Assembly (NCBI GenBank): GCA_951406725.2 | Contig: OX597824.1 | Location: 64,232,001 to 64,296,000 of the forward strand | DNA: 64,000 nt | From: Octopus vulgaris | Lineage: Eukaryota | Direction of reading: 5' to 3' | In this document: positions 63,999 through 64,000 of the stretch, piece by piece | Position numbering within the stretch: the stretch's first letter is position 1 | Layout: each line of letters opens with the position of its first letter | Program-made: the position numbers and the translations under genes | The notes under the pieces: generated by a model | Told to the model about the DNA's origin: nothing | What the model saw: the letters and a program-made list of their open reading frames with translations, nothing else | Database searches by the model: none

Positions 63999-64000
63999 AT

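Larger units (their letters stand above)
61599..64000 (-). mobile_element. Neptune-type Penelope-like element (5' part outside the window)
   Basis: RT-GIY-YIG ORF, repeat-rich 3' UTR, HHR-bearing pLTR ending in (TA)n. Confidence 0.88.

Overview
Eukaryotic, AT-rich, repeat-saturated DNA with no recognisable host protein-coding exon. The tRNA-derived SINE families, RTE LINEs and dense (TA)n/(CA)n/(TAA)n microsatellites look like an octopus/coleoid cephalopod genome (inference). Most ORF-track entries are microsatellite artefacts. Real content: (i) an apparently full-length, intact Naiad-type Penelope-like element (PLE; RT + GIY-YIG, 6449-11252, minus) in a (TA)n tract; (ii) a Neptune-type PLE with an open ORF running off the right edge, plus a truncated second Naiad; (iii) about a dozen type-I hammerhead ribozyme (HHR) motifs from several unrelated PLE pseudo-LTR families, read directly from the sequence, including a CUGUUGA core variant present in two copies and three inverted-repeat HHR cassettes; (iv) fragments of RTE, R4/Dong-like, CR1-like and L1/Tx1 LINEs; (v) mariner, Tc1, pogo/Tigger, MULE, hAT and MITE remnants, one carrying TTAGGG repeats; (vi) Helitrons, one fusing helicase motifs to a hAT transposase fragment. 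All calls are by eye; no searches or folding programs were run.
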